A stretch of 64,000 nucleotides of DNA from Candidatus Krumholzibacteriia bacterium (lineage in GTDB: Bacteria > Krumholzibacteriota > Krumholzibacteriia > LZORAL124-64-63), in NCBI GenBank assembly GCA_024763215.1, contig JANTFX010000006.1, positions 2,439 to 66,438 on the forward strand, written 5' to 3'. Positions 20,057 to 29,123 of this stretch are shown piece by piece. Within the stretch, counting starts at the first letter, position 1; each line of letters begins with the position of its first letter. The position numbers were made by a program, and so were the translations under genes. The notes under the pieces were generated by a model. It worked only from the letters and a program-made list of their open reading frames with translations. It did not search any database and was not told the origin of the DNA.

Positions 20057-20876
20057 AGCAGGAACCCCCTTCGTCAAGATGCACGGGGCCGGCAATGATT
20101 TCATCATGTTCCTCGAGCGGGATCTGCCCATGGGGAATCTTGCCGCGGATCTCATCGCGCGCCTGTGCCGCCGCCGGCTCGGGATCGGAGCGGACGGCCT
20201 GATCATCATCGGTCCGGACCCCGGCCAGGCCGATTTCCGCATGCGTTATTTCAACAGCGATGGGGGCGAGGCGGAGATGTGCGGCAACGGCGCCCGCTGC
20301 AGCTTCGCCCTGGCCCATGCTGCGGGGCTGGCCGGCCACGAGGGTGTTTTCACCAGCGCGGCGGGCCGCCATCGGGGCCGTTTGGCCGCAGGTGGCCAGG
20401 TCGAGGTCCAGTTGACCGGATGGTCCGGGCTGGAAACGACCGTCGAGTTCGAGGGCGTCCCCTGGCAGGATGTGGGTTTCTGCGACACCGGGGTACCCCA
20501 CGCCGTGGTGCTGCTGCCGGGTGTGCAGGACCTGGCCGAGGTCGACGTTCCCAGGTGGGGGCCCGTCCTGAGGCATCACCCCCGCTTCGGTCCGGACGGT
20601 TGCAACGTCAACTGGGCCGCCGTCGATCCTGACTCCGGCCTCGTCCACTTGCGGACCTACGAACGGGGGGTCGAGGCCGAAACCCTCGCCTGCGGCACTG
20701 GCGCCTCCGCGGCGGGCGTGGTATTGTGCCGACGCGGACTGGCCGCCAGCCCCGTCCGCTTGCGGACCGCCGGCGGCTATGAACTTGTGGTGCGGGTCGA
20801 GGCCGAGGAAAACCAACTGTTCCTGCAAGGCCCCGCCGAGGTGAGCTTCAGGGGAGAGGTGCAACTGGATGGTTAA
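20046..20876 (+). CDS. dapF: Diaminopimelate epimerase
   Basis: Internal ATG at 20046 gives MSSEAGTPFVKMHGAGNDFIMF... with the catalytic MCGNGARC motif. About 276 aa. Confidence 0.9.
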   Translation: MSSEAGTPFVKMHGAGNDFIMFLERDLPMGNLAADLIARLCRRRLGIGADGLIIIGPDPGQADFRMRYFNSDGGEAEMCGNGARCSFALAHAAGLAGHEGVFTSAAGRHRGRLAAGGQVEVQLTGWSGLETTVEFEGVPWQDVGFCDTGVPHAVVLLPGVQDLAEVDVPRWGPVLRHHPRFGPDGCNVNWAAVDPDSGLVHLRTYERGVEAETLACGTGASAAGVVLCRRGLAASPVRLRTAGGYELVVRVEAEENQLFLQGPAEVSFRGEVQLDG

Positions 20877-20889
20877 CAAGTCCTGGATC

Positions 20890-21792
20890 ATGCCCGATGG
20901 GATCTATACGGCGCTGGTCACTCCGTTTTCCGGTGACGGGATCGACCGCCAGGCCTGGCGGACCCTGGTGGAACGCCAGATCAACGCCGGAGTGGCGGGG
21001 GTGGTGCCCATCGGTTGCACCGGGGAGGCCGCGACGCTCTCGCGGACCGAAAGGGAATACCTGGTGCGCAGCTGTGTGGAGATGTGTCGCGGCAAGTGCG
21101 TGGTGGTGGCCGGTTCCGGGAGCAACGCCACCAGCGTGACCATCGATCAGACCCGGGATGTGAAGGAGTGGGGGGCCGATGCGGCCATGCTCATCACACC
21201 CTACTACAACAAACCTCAGCAACCCGGTCTGCACGCCCACTACCGGGCGGTGGCCCGGGCGGTGGACATCCCCATCGTGCTGTACAACGTGCCCGGCCGG
21301 ACCGCGGTCAACATGCTGCCGGCGACTTGTGCCCTGTTGAGCGCCGAGCCCAACATCGTCGCCCTCAAGGAGGCCAGCGGCCTTCTCGGGCAGATCGAGG
21401 AGGCAGTTGCCGGTTGCGACCTGAAGGTCTTCAGCGGGGACGACGGCCTCAATTTCCAGATTTTCGGCCTCGGCGCCAGCGGCGCCATCAGCGTGGTCAG
21501 CAACCTGTTGCCGGGCGCCATGGTCAGGTTCTGGAAGGCATGGGCCTCAGGTGACCTCAACCGGGCCTGGCCCATGAGCCGGGCCTTCGCTCCCATCACC
21601 GACGCCTGCTTCATCGAGACCAATCCGGTGCCGGTCAAGGAGCTGCTCTCGCTGGCCGGGCTCTGCAAACGGGACCCCCGCCTGCCGCTGGTCCCCTGCA
21701 ACGAGCAGAGCCTGACCTTCCTGGTGCAGTTCTACGAGGGCACCCTGGCCGACCTCATGGCCAGGGATCCCGACGGCGGGGACGTGTCATGA
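20890..21792 (+). CDS. dapA: 4-hydroxy-tetrahydrodipicolinate synthase
   Basis: MPDGIYTALVTPF...GVVPIGCTGE. TIM-barrel DapA signature. Start taken at Met8 of the ORF. Confidence 0.9.
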   Translation: MPDGIYTALVTPFSGDGIDRQAWRTLVERQINAGVAGVVPIGCTGEAATLSRTEREYLVRSCVEMCRGKCVVVAGSGSNATSVTIDQTRDVKEWGADAAMLITPYYNKPQQPGLHAHYRAVARAVDIPIVLYNVPGRTAVNMLPATCALLSAEPNIVALKEASGLLGQIEEAVAGCDLKVFSGDDGLNFQIFGLGASGAISVVSNLLPGAMVRFWKAWASGDLNRAWPMSRAFAPITDACFIETNPVPVKELLSLAGLCKRDPRLPLVPCNEQSLTFLVQFYEGTLADLMARDPDGGDVS

Positions 21793-22526
21793 TCCAGGTG
21801 GCGGTGCATGGCGCCGAGGGGCGCATGGGGCGCATGGTGACGGATCTGGTCCGCTCCGCCGAGGATATGCAGCTGTGCGGGCTGGTCACCGAACCCGGGT
21901 CCGCGGCCGCGGGCAGTGAACGGGACGGGGCGCCCATGGTGGGCCAGGACCACATGGCCTCGGCGCTTCCGCCCGGCGCGGTGATCGTCGATTTCTCCCT
22001 GGCGGCGGCCACCCCGGGGCTCCTGCGCGCCGCGGCCGAACTCGGCTCGCCCCTGGTGATCGGCACCACCGGGCACAGCCCGGAGCAACTGGAGGCGGTG
22101 CGTGCCTTCGCCGCCGACCGGCCCGTGGTGCTGGCCGCAAATTTCAGCATCGGCATCCCCGCCTTGCAGATGCTGTTGCAGCTGCTGGCCCGGACCCTGC
22201 CCCGGGGTTTCGACGCCGCCGAGCTTGAAACCCATCATGCCACCAAGCTGGACCGTCCCAGCGGCACGGCCCTCAAGCTCGCCGCGGCCTATGCCGAGGC
22301 GAGGGGCTGCCCGCAGCCGGCCATCGGCAGCCAGCGCCTGGGGGGAGTGGTGGGGGAGCACACCTGGACCTTCAGCGACCAGGAGGAGACCCTGGTGCTG
22401 ACCCATCGCGCCCATTCCCGGGGTGCCTTCCTGCGCGGCGTCCTGCCCGCGGTGAGATTCGCCACCGCGCGGGAGTCCGGATTCTACGAGTTGCAGAATG
22501 TGCTGATGGGGGCGGGTGCCGAATAG
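21789..22526 (+). CDS. dapB: 4-hydroxy-tetrahydrodipicolinate reductase
   Basis: 245 aa. N-terminal Rossmann motif (MIQVAVHGAEGRMGRMV) and ELETHHATKLDRPSGTALKLA signature. ATGA overlap with dapA. Confidence 0.9.
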   Translation: MIQVAVHGAEGRMGRMVTDLVRSAEDMQLCGLVTEPGSAAAGSERDGAPMVGQDHMASALPPGAVIVDFSLAAATPGLLRAAAELGSPLVIGTTGHSPEQLEAVRAFAADRPVVLAANFSIGIPALQMLLQLLARTLPRGFDAAELETHHATKLDRPSGTALKLAAAYAEARGCPQPAIGSQRLGGVVGEHTWTFSDQEETLVLTHRAHSRGAFLRGVLPAVRFATARESGFYELQNVLMGAGAE

Positions 22527-22583
22527 CGGACATGAGAAAACGGACCCCGCCAGGCGAGGCCCGTCCGCGAAAACCGGAACCGT

Positions 22584-22841
22584 TTATCTGGCTGCAGCGG
22601 CGGCCAGGCGGCTCTTCAGGCGCGAAGCCCTGCTCTTGGGCATCAGACCCTTGCGGGCCTGGGTGTCGATCAAGCTGTACATCTCGGACACCAGCGTGGC
22701 CTTTTCCTCGGCCGGCGTGCTCGCGATGTTCAGGTGGAAACGCTTGATCCTGGAGCGCATCATGGCGCGGTTGGCGCGGTTGCGCTCATTGCGCTTGCGG
22801 CTCGTAATGAGCCTTTTCTTGCAACTCTTGGCATGGGGCAC
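22584..22841 (-). CDS. rpsT: 30S ribosomal protein S20
   Basis: Basic ~86 aa protein (PHAKSCKKRLITSRKRNERNRANRAMMRSRIKRF...). Probable GTG start at 22841; the ORF track extends to the ATG at 22886. Confidence 0.75.
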   Translation of the reverse strand: MPHAKSCKKRLITSRKRNERNRANRAMMRSRIKRFHLNIASTPAEEKATLVSEMYSLIDTQARKGLMPKSRASRLKSRLAAAAAR

Positions 22842-22895
22842 GACAAAAACCTCCGTTTTGAACTTACAGGCGTGGCAATTTAACAAGGCGCAGGG

Positions 22896-24749
22896 ATGAT
22901 GTCAAGGCGATCCGAAAGCGACTCCAGGGCGGAAAGGCTGCGGAGCAAGCTGGCCGGACTGCCCGAAGCCCCAGGCGTCTACCTGCACAAGAACAGGGAC
23001 GGCAAGGTGATCTACGTGGGGAAGGCCTCGCGTCTGAGCCAGCGCGTCCGGTCCTACTTCACGGGGTCTGGTCATGATGCCAAGACCCGCAAGCTCGTGG
23101 CCGATATCGGGGATTTCGATTTCATCGCCACCGATTCGGCGGCGCAGGCCCTGGTACTGGAGAACCAGCTCATCAAGGAGTACCGCCCCTATTACAACAT
23201 CCGGCTCAAGGACGACAAGCAGTACCCCTACCTGCGTCTTTCCCTGCAGGAACCCTTCCCGCGGGTGACGGTGGTCAGGAGGATCGAGTCCGACGGGGCC
23301 AGGTATTTCGGGCCCTTCACCGACGTGCGTGCCATGCGCCAGACGCTGTCCTTCGCCGCGGGCATCTTCCAGGTCCGGACCTGCCATCTGGATTTGCCGG
23401 AGCAGACCGTGCCCCGACCCTGCCTGGACTGGCAGATCGGACGCTGCAGCGCTCCCTGCGCGGGCATGGAGGGCCAAGAGGACTACCGCCGCCGGACCCT
23501 GGCCCTGGCCTCCTTCCTCGCCGGCAAGACGCGGGACCTGCTCGGTGAGCTGGAGGTCAGGATGCAGGACCTGGCCCGGGCACGCCTGTACGAGGAAGCG
23601 GCCCGGCTGCGCGATCTCGCGGCCCAGCTCCGCAAGACCGCGGCCAACCGCCCCCCCGTGGAAGGAATCGAGGGAGACGCGGATCTTTGCGGTGTGGCGC
23701 GGGAGGGCACCCGGGCCGCGGGGCTGGTGCTGCGGGTCCGGGGCGGCAGCATCCTGACCAGCCACCATTTCCCTTTCATCGTCAAGCTTGAGAGCGGCAC
23801 CCCGGAGCTGATGGCCCAGCTCCTGCGGGAATATTACACGCGCGCGGGGGACATACCCCTGGAGGTGCTTCTGGCCGGGCCCATCGATGACCCCGCCAGC
23901 TGGGAAGCTTGGCTGGCGGACCTGCGGGGAGGACCGATCCATATCCGTCAGCCGGTGCGCGGCCGGAAACTCGCGGCGGTGGCCCTGGCGCGGACCAACG
24001 CCGCCTTCCACCTGCGGGAGGCCATGGCCCGCCAGGCAGGACGCAAGCCGGCGCAGGCCGTCAGCGCCGTGACCGTGCTGCAGGAGGCGCTGGACCTGCA
24101 CACGGCACCGAGGACCATCGAATGCTTCGACATCTCCAACTTCCAGGGCAAGGAAACGGTGGCCTCCCTGGTGTTCTTCAAGGACGGCAAGCCGCTCAAG
24201 AGCCGTTACCGGCGTTTCCGCATCAAGACCGTGACCGGTGTCGACGACTTCGCCAGCATGGCCGAGGTGCTGGACAGGTATTACGGCCGGCTGGCGGAGA
24301 AGGAATTGCCGCCGGGGGACCTGGTCGTGGTCGACGGAGGGGCGGGGCAGCTGGGGGTGGCGCGGGACATCCTCGGCCGTTACGGCTTCCACGGGGCGCA
24401 GCTGATCGGCCTGGCCAAGAAGCAGGAGACGATCTACCGGGAGGGGGGGACGGTGCAGCTGAGCCGCCGCAACGAAGGGCTCAAGCTCCTGCAGCGGGTC
24501 AGGGACGAGGCCCACCGCTTCGCCATCACCTACCACCGTTTGCTGCGGGATCACCTGACGACCTCCAGCGAGCTGGACCTGATCCCGGGCATCGGCCAGG
24601 TCAAGAAGCTCTCCCTGCTGCATCATTTCGGTTCGGTGCAGAGGATCGCGGCGGCCCCGGCACAGGAGCTGGAAGAGGTCAGGGGGATCAATCGCCATGA
24701 CGTGGCCACGATCCTGAGGTTCTTCGCCGGCCGAAGGGAGCCTCAATGA
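22896..24749 (+). CDS. uvrC: Excinuclease ABC subunit C
   Basis: 617 aa. GIY-YIG N-terminus (PGVYLHKNRDGKVIYVGKASRLSQRVRSYF), UvrBC-interaction region, RNaseH-like endonuclease and (HhH)2 C-terminal domains. Confidence 0.95.
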   Translation: MMSRRSESDSRAERLRSKLAGLPEAPGVYLHKNRDGKVIYVGKASRLSQRVRSYFTGSGHDAKTRKLVADIGDFDFIATDSAAQALVLENQLIKEYRPYYNIRLKDDKQYPYLRLSLQEPFPRVTVVRRIESDGARYFGPFTDVRAMRQTLSFAAGIFQVRTCHLDLPEQTVPRPCLDWQIGRCSAPCAGMEGQEDYRRRTLALASFLAGKTRDLLGELEVRMQDLARARLYEEAARLRDLAAQLRKTAANRPPVEGIEGDADLCGVAREGTRAAGLVLRVRGGSILTSHHFPFIVKLESGTPELMAQLLREYYTRAGDIPLEVLLAGPIDDPASWEAWLADLRGGPIHIRQPVRGRKLAAVALARTNAAFHLREAMARQAGRKPAQAVSAVTVLQEALDLHTAPRTIECFDISNFQGKETVASLVFFKDGKPLKSRYRRFRIKTVTGVDDFASMAEVLDRYYGRLAEKELPPGDLVVVDGGAGQLGVARDILGRYGFHGAQLIGLAKKQETIYREGGTVQLSRRNEGLKLLQRVRDEAHRFAITYHRLLRDHLTTSSELDLIPGIGQVKKLSLLHHFGSVQRIAAAPAQELEEVRGINRHDVATILRFFAGRREPQ

Positions 24750-25657
24750 ACGATCTGCGGCAAGCCTGGGATACGGCCTGCGACGGTTTCCTGTCCCACG
24801 CGCTGGTGGACAAGGGCCTGGCCACGACCACCATCGCGGCCATGCAGCATGACCTGTCGCACCTGCGCGGCTGGGCCACGCAAAGTGGAGTGGCCCCCGC
24901 AGGGGTCACGGCCCAGGATCTGAGGTCCTTCCTGTTGTCCGTCTCCGCGGGTTTGCAGGCCTCGAGCCGGGCGCGGCTCATGTCCACCCTGCGGTCCTTC
25001 TTCCGCTTCCTGGTGGCCGAGAAGGTGATTGCCGAAGACCCCACGGCCACCCTCATCGCACCGCGCCGCGGCCGCAAGCTGCCGCTGTACCTGACTGCGG
25101 ACCAGGTGGCGCGTTTCCTGGATCTGCCCGATGATCCCGAACCCCTGCCCCTGCGCAACCGCGCCATCCTCGAGACCCTGTACGGTTCGGGCTGCCGGGT
25201 GGGGGAGCTGTGCGCCCTGGATCTGCTGGATCTGGACCCGGGCGAAGGCACCCTGCTGCTCAGGGGCAAGGGTTCCAAGCAACGGCGGGTGCCCATCGGC
25301 GGGCCCTGCCTGACGGTCCTGAACCGGTACCTGTCCCTGGCCAGGCCCCGGCTGGCGGGCAAAGGCCCCGATGGCCGGGCCATGTTCCTGAACCATCGCG
25401 GGGGGCGGTTGAGCAGGGTGTCGGTCTGGAACCTCGTCAAGAGCAGGGGCCGGGAGTTGGGGCTGGCCGAGGGCCTCTCACCCCACACCCTGCGGCACAG
25501 CTACGCCACCCACCTGCTGGCCGGAGGCGCCGACCTCAGGGTGGTCCAGGAACTCCTGGGGCACGCGGATATCTCCACCACCGAGATCTACACCCACGTC
25601 GACCGCACCTGGCTGCACAGCATATGGCGCCAGGCCCATCCCCGGGCAGGAGGCTGA
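24746..25657 (+). CDS. xerD: Tyrosine recombinase XerD
   Basis: 303 aa. HTLRHSYATHLLAGGADLRVVQELLGHADISTTEIYTHV. 4-bp overlap with uvrC. Confidence 0.85.
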   Translation: MNDLRQAWDTACDGFLSHALVDKGLATTTIAAMQHDLSHLRGWATQSGVAPAGVTAQDLRSFLLSVSAGLQASSRARLMSTLRSFFRFLVAEKVIAEDPTATLIAPRRGRKLPLYLTADQVARFLDLPDDPEPLPLRNRAILETLYGSGCRVGELCALDLLDLDPGEGTLLLRGKGSKQRRVPIGGPCLTVLNRYLSLARPRLAGKGPDGRAMFLNHRGGRLSRVSVWNLVKSRGRELGLAEGLSPHTLRHSYATHLLAGGADLRVVQELLGHADISTTEIYTHVDRTWLHSIWRQAHPRAGG

Positions 25658-25775
25658 GGGGCCGAAGGTGCTTTGACACTTCCCGGCGGGGGTGGTACTT
25701 TTCCGTGTTGAACCGGCACCATTTTCCACGGCCAGGGGCCCAGGGCCCCTGCTGATGTAAAGGTATACCATCCGT

Positions 25776-26777
25776 ATGACCGCCGATCCCGCCGACAAGC
25801 GCAAGATCATCCTCAGCGGCAACCGCCCCACCGGACGCTTGCACTGGGGCAACTATACCGGCGCCCTGGAGAACTGGGTGCGCCTGCAGGACGAGTACCG
25901 CTGCTATTTCATGGTGGCCGACTGGCATGTCCTGACCACCGCCCTGGACAAGGCCGACCTCATCGCCCACCACTCGCGCGAGATGTTCCTGGACTGGCTG
26001 GGCGCCGGGCTGGACCCGGAGAAGTCCGTCCTGTTCATCCAGTCGCAGGTCAAGGAACACGCCGAGCTCTACCTGCTGCTGGCCATGCTCATCAGCAAGG
26101 GGCGCCTCGAGCGCAACCCCACCTTCAAGGAGCAGATCCGCGATCTGAATTTGGGCGGGGAAATCAGCTACGGTCACCTGGGGTATCCCGTTTTGCAGGC
26201 GGCGGACATCCTGGCCTACCGGGCCCACGCCGTACCCGTCGGCGAGGATCAGCTGCCGCACCTGGAGCTGACCAGGGAGATGGCCCGCAGGTTCAACCGT
26301 CTGTTCGGGGATGTCTTCCCCGAACCCGAGGCCCTGGTGACGAAATTCGCCCGCTTCCCCGGCACCGACGGCAAGCGCATGAGCAAATCCCTGGGCAACA
26401 CCATCGAGATCGCCGCTTCGCCGGAGGAGATCCTGGAGAAGATCCGGCCCGCCTACACCGATCCGGCGCGGCTGCGGCGCAGCGATCCCGGGCACCCTGA
26501 GGTGTGCGCGGTCTACACCTGGTACCGGAAGTTCCTGCCCGAGGAGGCCGAGGCCACCGCCGCCGAATGCCGCAGCGCCGGCCGCGGGTGCGTGGACTGC
26601 AAGCTCAAGCTGGCCGCCGGGGTGACCGCGCACTTCGCCCCCCTGCGTGAGCGCCGGGAGGCCTTCGCCGCCGACCCCGGGAAACTCGACGAGATCATCG
26701 CCCATGGCTGCGAGCAGGCTCGCGCCGTCGCCGCCGGGACCATGGAGGAAGTCCACCAGGCCATGGGGCTGGGCTGA
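25776..26777 (+). CDS. trpS: Tryptophan--tRNA ligase
   Basis: Class I aaRS. HIGH-like (TGRLHWGNYTG) and KMSKS (KRMSKSLGN) motifs. 333 aa. Confidence 0.9.
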   Translation: MTADPADKRKIILSGNRPTGRLHWGNYTGALENWVRLQDEYRCYFMVADWHVLTTALDKADLIAHHSREMFLDWLGAGLDPEKSVLFIQSQVKEHAELYLLLAMLISKGRLERNPTFKEQIRDLNLGGEISYGHLGYPVLQAADILAYRAHAVPVGEDQLPHLELTREMARRFNRLFGDVFPEPEALVTKFARFPGTDGKRMSKSLGNTIEIAASPEEILEKIRPAYTDPARLRRSDPGHPEVCAVYTWYRKFLPEEAEATAAECRSAGRGCVDCKLKLAAGVTAHFAPLRERREAFAADPGKLDEIIAHGCEQARAVAAGTMEEVHQAMGLG

Positions 26778-26795
26778 GGCAATAAGGAGGCTAGT

Positions 26796-27680
26796 GTGGT
26801 TGAACCGGCCGGCATTGCCGGGGACAAGGAAGTTTCCCGGATGAACACAGGCGGCAGCGGTGTCTGGAACCTGGACACCCTGCCCGCTGATCTGGAGTAT
26901 TTCCGGACCAGCAGCGCCTATCAGGTCGAGCTGAGCGATTTTTTCCAGGGTCCCCTGGACCTCTTGCTGCACCTGATCCAGAAGGAACAGGTCGATATCT
27001 ACGATATCCCCATCGCCCGCATCACCGACCAATTCATCCGGCATATCCAGGTCATCCAGCGCGTGAGCCTGGATCAGGCCGGCGATTTCCTGACCATGGC
27101 CGCGACCCTGCTGGTCATCAAGATGAAGATGCTCATGCCCTCGCGGCTGGCCGGCGACGAACCCGATGAAGAGGATCCGCGCGCGGAACTCGTGCGCCAG
27201 CTCCTGGAATACAAGCGCTTCAAGGAGATGGCCGAGATCTTCCGGAACCAGGAGACCCAGCGGCGCAGCTACCACCTGCGGGGTACGCGGTATCCCTTCG
27301 CGGGGGATCTGGATCTCGAGCCCAAGTTGCGCATCGAGGTCTTCGACCTGCTGGCGGCGGTGGCGGGAATTTTCGATCGCCTCACCAAGCAACCCGGTCA
27401 TGCCGTGGCGCGCGAGCCGTTCACCGTTCAGGAGAAGATCGCGCTCATCAACACGCGCCTGGCCAGTGGCGGGCTGGTCGCCTTCGAGGACCTGTTCACC
27501 GACGATTCCATCAAGATGGAGGTCATCGTGACCTTCATAGCGGTGCTGGAGATGGTCAAACGGGGGGAACTCCAGTTCCTGCAGACCGAGGCCCAGGGGC
27601 CCATCTGGATCCAGAAGCCTGCCCCTGCCGAGGACGACGGCGCTCCGGAAGTCCCCACCGCCCTGGAGGGGTCGGCGTGA
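26796..27680 (+). CDS. scpA: Segregation and condensation protein A
   Basis: ScpA N-terminal motif (FQGPLDLLLHLIQKEQVDIYDIPIARITDQF). 294 aa; start uncertain (26796 or 26841). Confidence 0.85.
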   Translation: MVEPAGIAGDKEVSRMNTGGSGVWNLDTLPADLEYFRTSSAYQVELSDFFQGPLDLLLHLIQKEQVDIYDIPIARITDQFIRHIQVIQRVSLDQAGDFLTMAATLLVIKMKMLMPSRLAGDEPDEEDPRAELVRQLLEYKRFKEMAEIFRNQETQRRSYHLRGTRYPFAGDLDLEPKLRIEVFDLLAAVAGIFDRLTKQPGHAVAREPFTVQEKIALINTRLASGGLVAFEDLFTDDSIKMEVIVTFIAVLEMVKRGELQFLQTEAQGPIWIQKPAPAEDDGAPEVPTALEGSA

Positions 27681-28378
27681 AGCGCGAAATCGAAGCGCTG
27701 CTCTTCGCGGCGGACGGACCGTTGACCGTGGCCCGCCTCAAGAAGCTTCTGGTCGGGGCCGATGCCGCCGGGATCAAGGAAGCCATCGCCGAACTGGAGT
27801 CCGAATACACCCAGGCCGGTCACGCCTTCACCGTGGTTGAATTCGGTGGCGGCTGGCAGATCGCCACCCGGCCCGAATTCTCCCCCAGCGTGGAGAAGAT
27901 GCTCAAGTCCAGGCGTTTCACGCGCCTGTCCAAGGCGGGGCTGGAGGTCCTGGCCATCATCGCGTACCGGCAGCCCATCACCAGGCTGGAGATCGACGAG
28001 ATCCGCGGGGTCAACAGCAGCGGCGCCATCAGCACGTTGACCGAGCGGAACCTGATCACGGTCGTCGGGCGTTCGCAAGCCATCGGCAACCCCCTGTTGT
28101 ACGGCACCACGCGGGAGTTCCTCAACCACCTCGGCCTCAAGGGCCTGGGGCAGCTCCCGGCCCTGCCCGAGCTCGAGGACGTGATGCAGGACCGCGAGCA
28201 ATTGCGTGATTTCGCCAACCAGATCGGCAGGGAGATATCGGCCCAGGAGCTTGAGGAGTACTTCGAGGCGCCGGTCACCGGCCCGGAAGCCGGGTCCGCC
28301 GAGGAGGTCCCGGAAGATCACCCGGCTGAACCGGCGCCGGAGCAGGATGCCGGACATGAAGACAACGCCCAACCCTGA
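27677..28378 (+). CDS. scpB: Segregation and condensation protein B
   Basis: MKREIEALLFAADGPLTVARL... winged-helix ScpB. 4-bp overlap with scpA. Confidence 0.85.
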   Translation: MKREIEALLFAADGPLTVARLKKLLVGADAAGIKEAIAELESEYTQAGHAFTVVEFGGGWQIATRPEFSPSVEKMLKSRRFTRLSKAGLEVLAIIAYRQPITRLEIDEIRGVNSSGAISTLTERNLITVVGRSQAIGNPLLYGTTREFLNHLGLKGLGQLPALPELEDVMQDREQLRDFANQIGREISAQELEEYFEAPVTGPEAGSAEEVPEDHPAEPAPEQDAGHEDNAQP

Positions 28379-29123
28379 TACGGGAGCCGTACGCCTGAAT
28401 CGTTTTCTGGCCGATGCCGGTCTGGGCTCGCGGCGCGGGGTGGAGGACCTCATCCGGGGGGGGCGGGTTGCCGTCAACGGCGCGGTCGTGCTCGCCCTCG
28501 GGACCCGGGTGGTCCCCGGCAGGGATCTGGTGGAGGTCGATGGCGCCCGGGTCCAGGACGTGACCACGGGCCTGGTCTTCGCCTTCCACAAGCCGGTGGG
28601 GGTGGTCTGCACCCTCAAGGGGCAGGGCGGCCAACCCACCCTCCTGCCCTACAAGCGCCAGGCGGATCTCCCGGCACCGGTCATGCCTGTGGGACGGCTT
28701 GACGCGGACAGCTCGGGGTTGCTCCTTTGGACGGACTCGGGGACCCTGAGCCAGGCCCTGTGCCGGCCCGGTTCCGGGATCTGGAAGACCTATGCGGTCA
28801 CCCTGGCCCACCAGCTGAGGGCCAGGGAGGCCGGCATCTTCACCGGGGGCACCCTGGAACTGGATGGCAGGCCCTGCCTGCCCTGCCGTCTGGAGGCTGT
28901 GCGCCAGAACGGGAGAGCGTGGCTGGTGCATCTGCACGAGGGCCGCAAGCGGCAGATCAGGCGGATGTTCAGGGCGGTAGGCAACCGTGTCCTGACGCTG
29001 CACCGGGTGGCGGTCGGTCCGGTGAGCCTGGGCCGGCTGGAAGCGGGCCGCTTCCGGGCCTTGCCGCCCGCGGAAGTGGCGGCGCTGCGTGAGGCGCTGG
29101 CCAGCGAAACCCGCAACCGTTGA
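28347..29123 (+). CDS. Pseudouridine synthase, RsuA/RluB family (S4 domain + PseudoU_synth_2)
   Basis: MPDMKTTPNPDTGAVRLNRFLADAGLGSRRGVEDLIRGGRVAVNG (S4 domain) and catalytic PVGRLDADSSGLLLWTDSG. Start chosen at the internal Met; the ORF track begins at 28206, overlapping scpB. Confidence 0.8.
   Translation: MPDMKTTPNPDTGAVRLNRFLADAGLGSRRGVEDLIRGGRVAVNGAVVLALGTRVVPGRDLVEVDGARVQDVTTGLVFAFHKPVGVVCTLKGQGGQPTLLPYKRQADLPAPVMPVGRLDADSSGLLLWTDSGTLSQALCRPGSGIWKTYAVTLAHQLRAREAGIFTGGTLELDGRPCLPCRLEAVRQNGRAWLVHLHEGRKRQIRRMFRAVGNRVLTLHRVAVGPVSLGRLEAGRFRALPPAEVAALREALASETRNR

Noticed and set aside
22532-22747. 71-aa + strand ORF overlapping rpsT, and other 60-100 aa ORFs in the track.
   Set aside because: They lie entirely inside well-supported genes on the opposite strand or in another frame, lack RBSs, and have arginine/proline-rich high-GC-artefact compositions.
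14819-25657. Two tyrosine recombinase genes (14819-15790 and 24746-25657) that might indicate integrated mobile elements.
   Set aside because: Both have XerC/XerD-type features and sit in the conserved housekeeping contexts trmFO-xerC-hslVU and uvrC-xerD. There are no flanking direct repeats, phage genes or tRNA-adjacent integrase. They are the chromosome-dimer resolution pair.
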